64,000 nt of DNA. Source: an uncultured bacterium (GTDB lineage Bacteria; SAR324; NAC60-12). Location: the NCBI GenBank assembly GCA_965662235.1, contig CBFIGY010000015.1:3641-67640 (forward strand). Direction: 5' to 3'. A program made the position numbers and the translations under genes. This document shows positions 63,113-64,000 of this stretch, one piece after another. The first letter of the stretch is position 1. Each line of letters starts with the position of its first letter. Below the pieces are notes generated by a model, which ran no database searches, was not told the origin of the DNA, and saw only the letters and a program-made list of their open reading frames with translations.

Positions 63113-63850
63113 TCAATTGACGAAGTACTCCTGAAACTCCTTGCGGACGCGCTGGAGGTCGATGAACACCGTGTTGAGGTGCGAGCGCATGGCCTCAACG
63201 GCTTTGGACTCGTTGCGCTCTCCAATCGCCTGCAAGACCTTGTTGTGCTCCTGAACGATTTCCAGTCGTCGCTCGCGGTAAGGAACCGACAGGCGCCGGA
63301 CGCGGTCCATGTGAGACTTGGCACTGTTGGTGATCTTCCAGAGCCGGGCCTTGTACCGGAGTTCGGCAATGGAGCGGTGAAACTGCTCATCAAGCTCAAA
63401 CAGTTCCTCAAAGTCTCCCAACTCCACCGCCTGCTCATACTGCTGCACCAGCCGCTCGGTGCGCTGCAGCCAGTCCGGAGAAGCCGTTTGTGCTGCGTAA
63501 CGGACTGTTGCCACTTCCATGGCTTCCCGAATGAACTGGCTCTCGTGTACCGCCTCCACGCTGATGCGGGACACGTAGGTTCCGGCCTGAGGGAAGATTT
63601 CCACCAGACCCTCATCCGCCAAGCGTAACAGCGCCTCGCGAATCGGGGTCCGGGAGACCTCCATCTGCTCACTCAACTCCCGCTCCTTGAGAATCTGTCC
63701 GGGCTTGAACTTGACCGAGACGATCGCTTGGTGCAGCAGCGCGTTGATCTGGGGCGCAATGGAGGCGCGGCGATCAATCTTGAAATCGAAGGCTTGGAAT
63801 TCCGTCACACAACTGACTTCTTTGACATGCTCCAAGATAGCTCGGGCCAA
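63113..63850 (-). CDS. GntR-family transcriptional regulator, FadR/FCD subfamily
   Basis: wHTH ERELSEQMEVSRTPIREALLRLADEGLVEI plus a helical FCD-type C-terminal domain. First gene of the catabolic string. TTG start as given by the track. Confidence 0.88.
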   Translation of the reverse strand: MARAILEHVKEVSCVTEFQAFDFKIDRRASIAPQINALLHQAIVSVKFKPGQILKERELSEQMEVSRTPIREALLRLADEGLVEIFPQAGTYVSRISVEAVHESQFIREAMEVATVRYAAQTASPDWLQRTERLVQQYEQAVELGDFEELFELDEQFHRSIAELRYKARLWKITNSAKSHMDRVRRLSVPYRERRLEIVQEHNKVLQAIGERNESKAVEAMRSHLNTVFIDLQRVRKEFQEYFVN

Positions 63851-63895
63851 CTCCCCAAGCGCTCCCTGTTTCCAGAGAGGTCCAATTGAAACTTT

Positions 63896-63923
63896 AATAT
63901 ATTAACGTTCTTCCAAGTGTCAA
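63896..63923 (-). promoter_or_regulatory. Sigma70-like promoter TTGACA-N16-TATATT for the GntR-headed string
   Basis: On the minus strand the -35 is at 63923..63918 and the -10 at 63901..63896. The -10 is embedded in the 12-bp palindrome TTAATATATTAA. Confidence 0.45.
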
Positions 63924-64000
63924 CAGGAAAACCAACAGGAGGAATCAGACAGGGCGTGGAGCGGCTCAGGAGGGCAGGAGGGACAGATCGAGGGAGGGAA

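Noticed and set aside
62203-63672. 489-aa version of the PhyH ORF
   Set aside because: The N-terminal 190 or so codons overlap the GntR gene out of frame with no motifs. The ATG at 63105 gives a normal 300-aa PhyH protein.
1-64000. Scan for CRISPR arrays, rRNA/tRNA genes, transposases, integrases and prophage genes
   Set aside because: Intergenic regions are short (the longest are about 235 bp). None shows repeat-spacer structure or tRNA-like cloverleaf potential, and no ORF has recombinase or transposase motifs.

Overview
This is a densely coding chromosomal segment of about 60% GC from a diderm (Gram-negative) bacterium. I cannot assign a taxon from the sequence alone. I found no rRNA, tRNA, CRISPR array, transposase or integrase.

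Contents from left to right:
(i) A minus-strand cbb3-type cytochrome oxidase supercluster: ccoN-O-Q-P, a 49-aa membrane ORF, then ccoG-H-I running off the left edge. It is interrupted by an APH-kinase/P-loop fusion gene and an ETHE1-type persulfide dioxygenase. It faces a divergent CusRS/CopRS-like two-component system and a rhodanese.
(ii) An orphan PstS-type phosphate-binding protein, preceded by three TT(C/A)ACA repeats at 11-bp spacing.
(iii) A tight minus-strand operon of uncharacterised envelope genes: a PorV/FadL-like barrel, two large lipoproteins (one clearly low-GC) and a tetraheme cytochrome.
(iv) Housekeeping genes: trpB2, acuI, rnhA, ytfJ-like, aceB.
(v) A same-strand string of BI-1/YccA, class A PBP, a lipoprotein caspase fused to an FGE-like domain, an ECF-like sigma, a ZAS anti-sigma and a BepA-like HExxH/TPR protein. 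I rate this the best candidate for an undescribed system.
(vi) thrH, rlmB, xseA, a polytopic M48-TPR protease, a TraB-family gene, a solitary recC, hisI and a penicillin-acylase family gene.
(vii) A roughly 14-kb GntR-headed catabolic string. It has an Opp/Dpp-type ABC importer with an embedded cytoplasmic Cys-type sulfatase, plus uxaC/uxuB, a NagB-like gene, an AGE epimerase and a PhyH dioxygenase.

All functional calls come from my own reading of translated motifs and gene order. None has been checked against a database.
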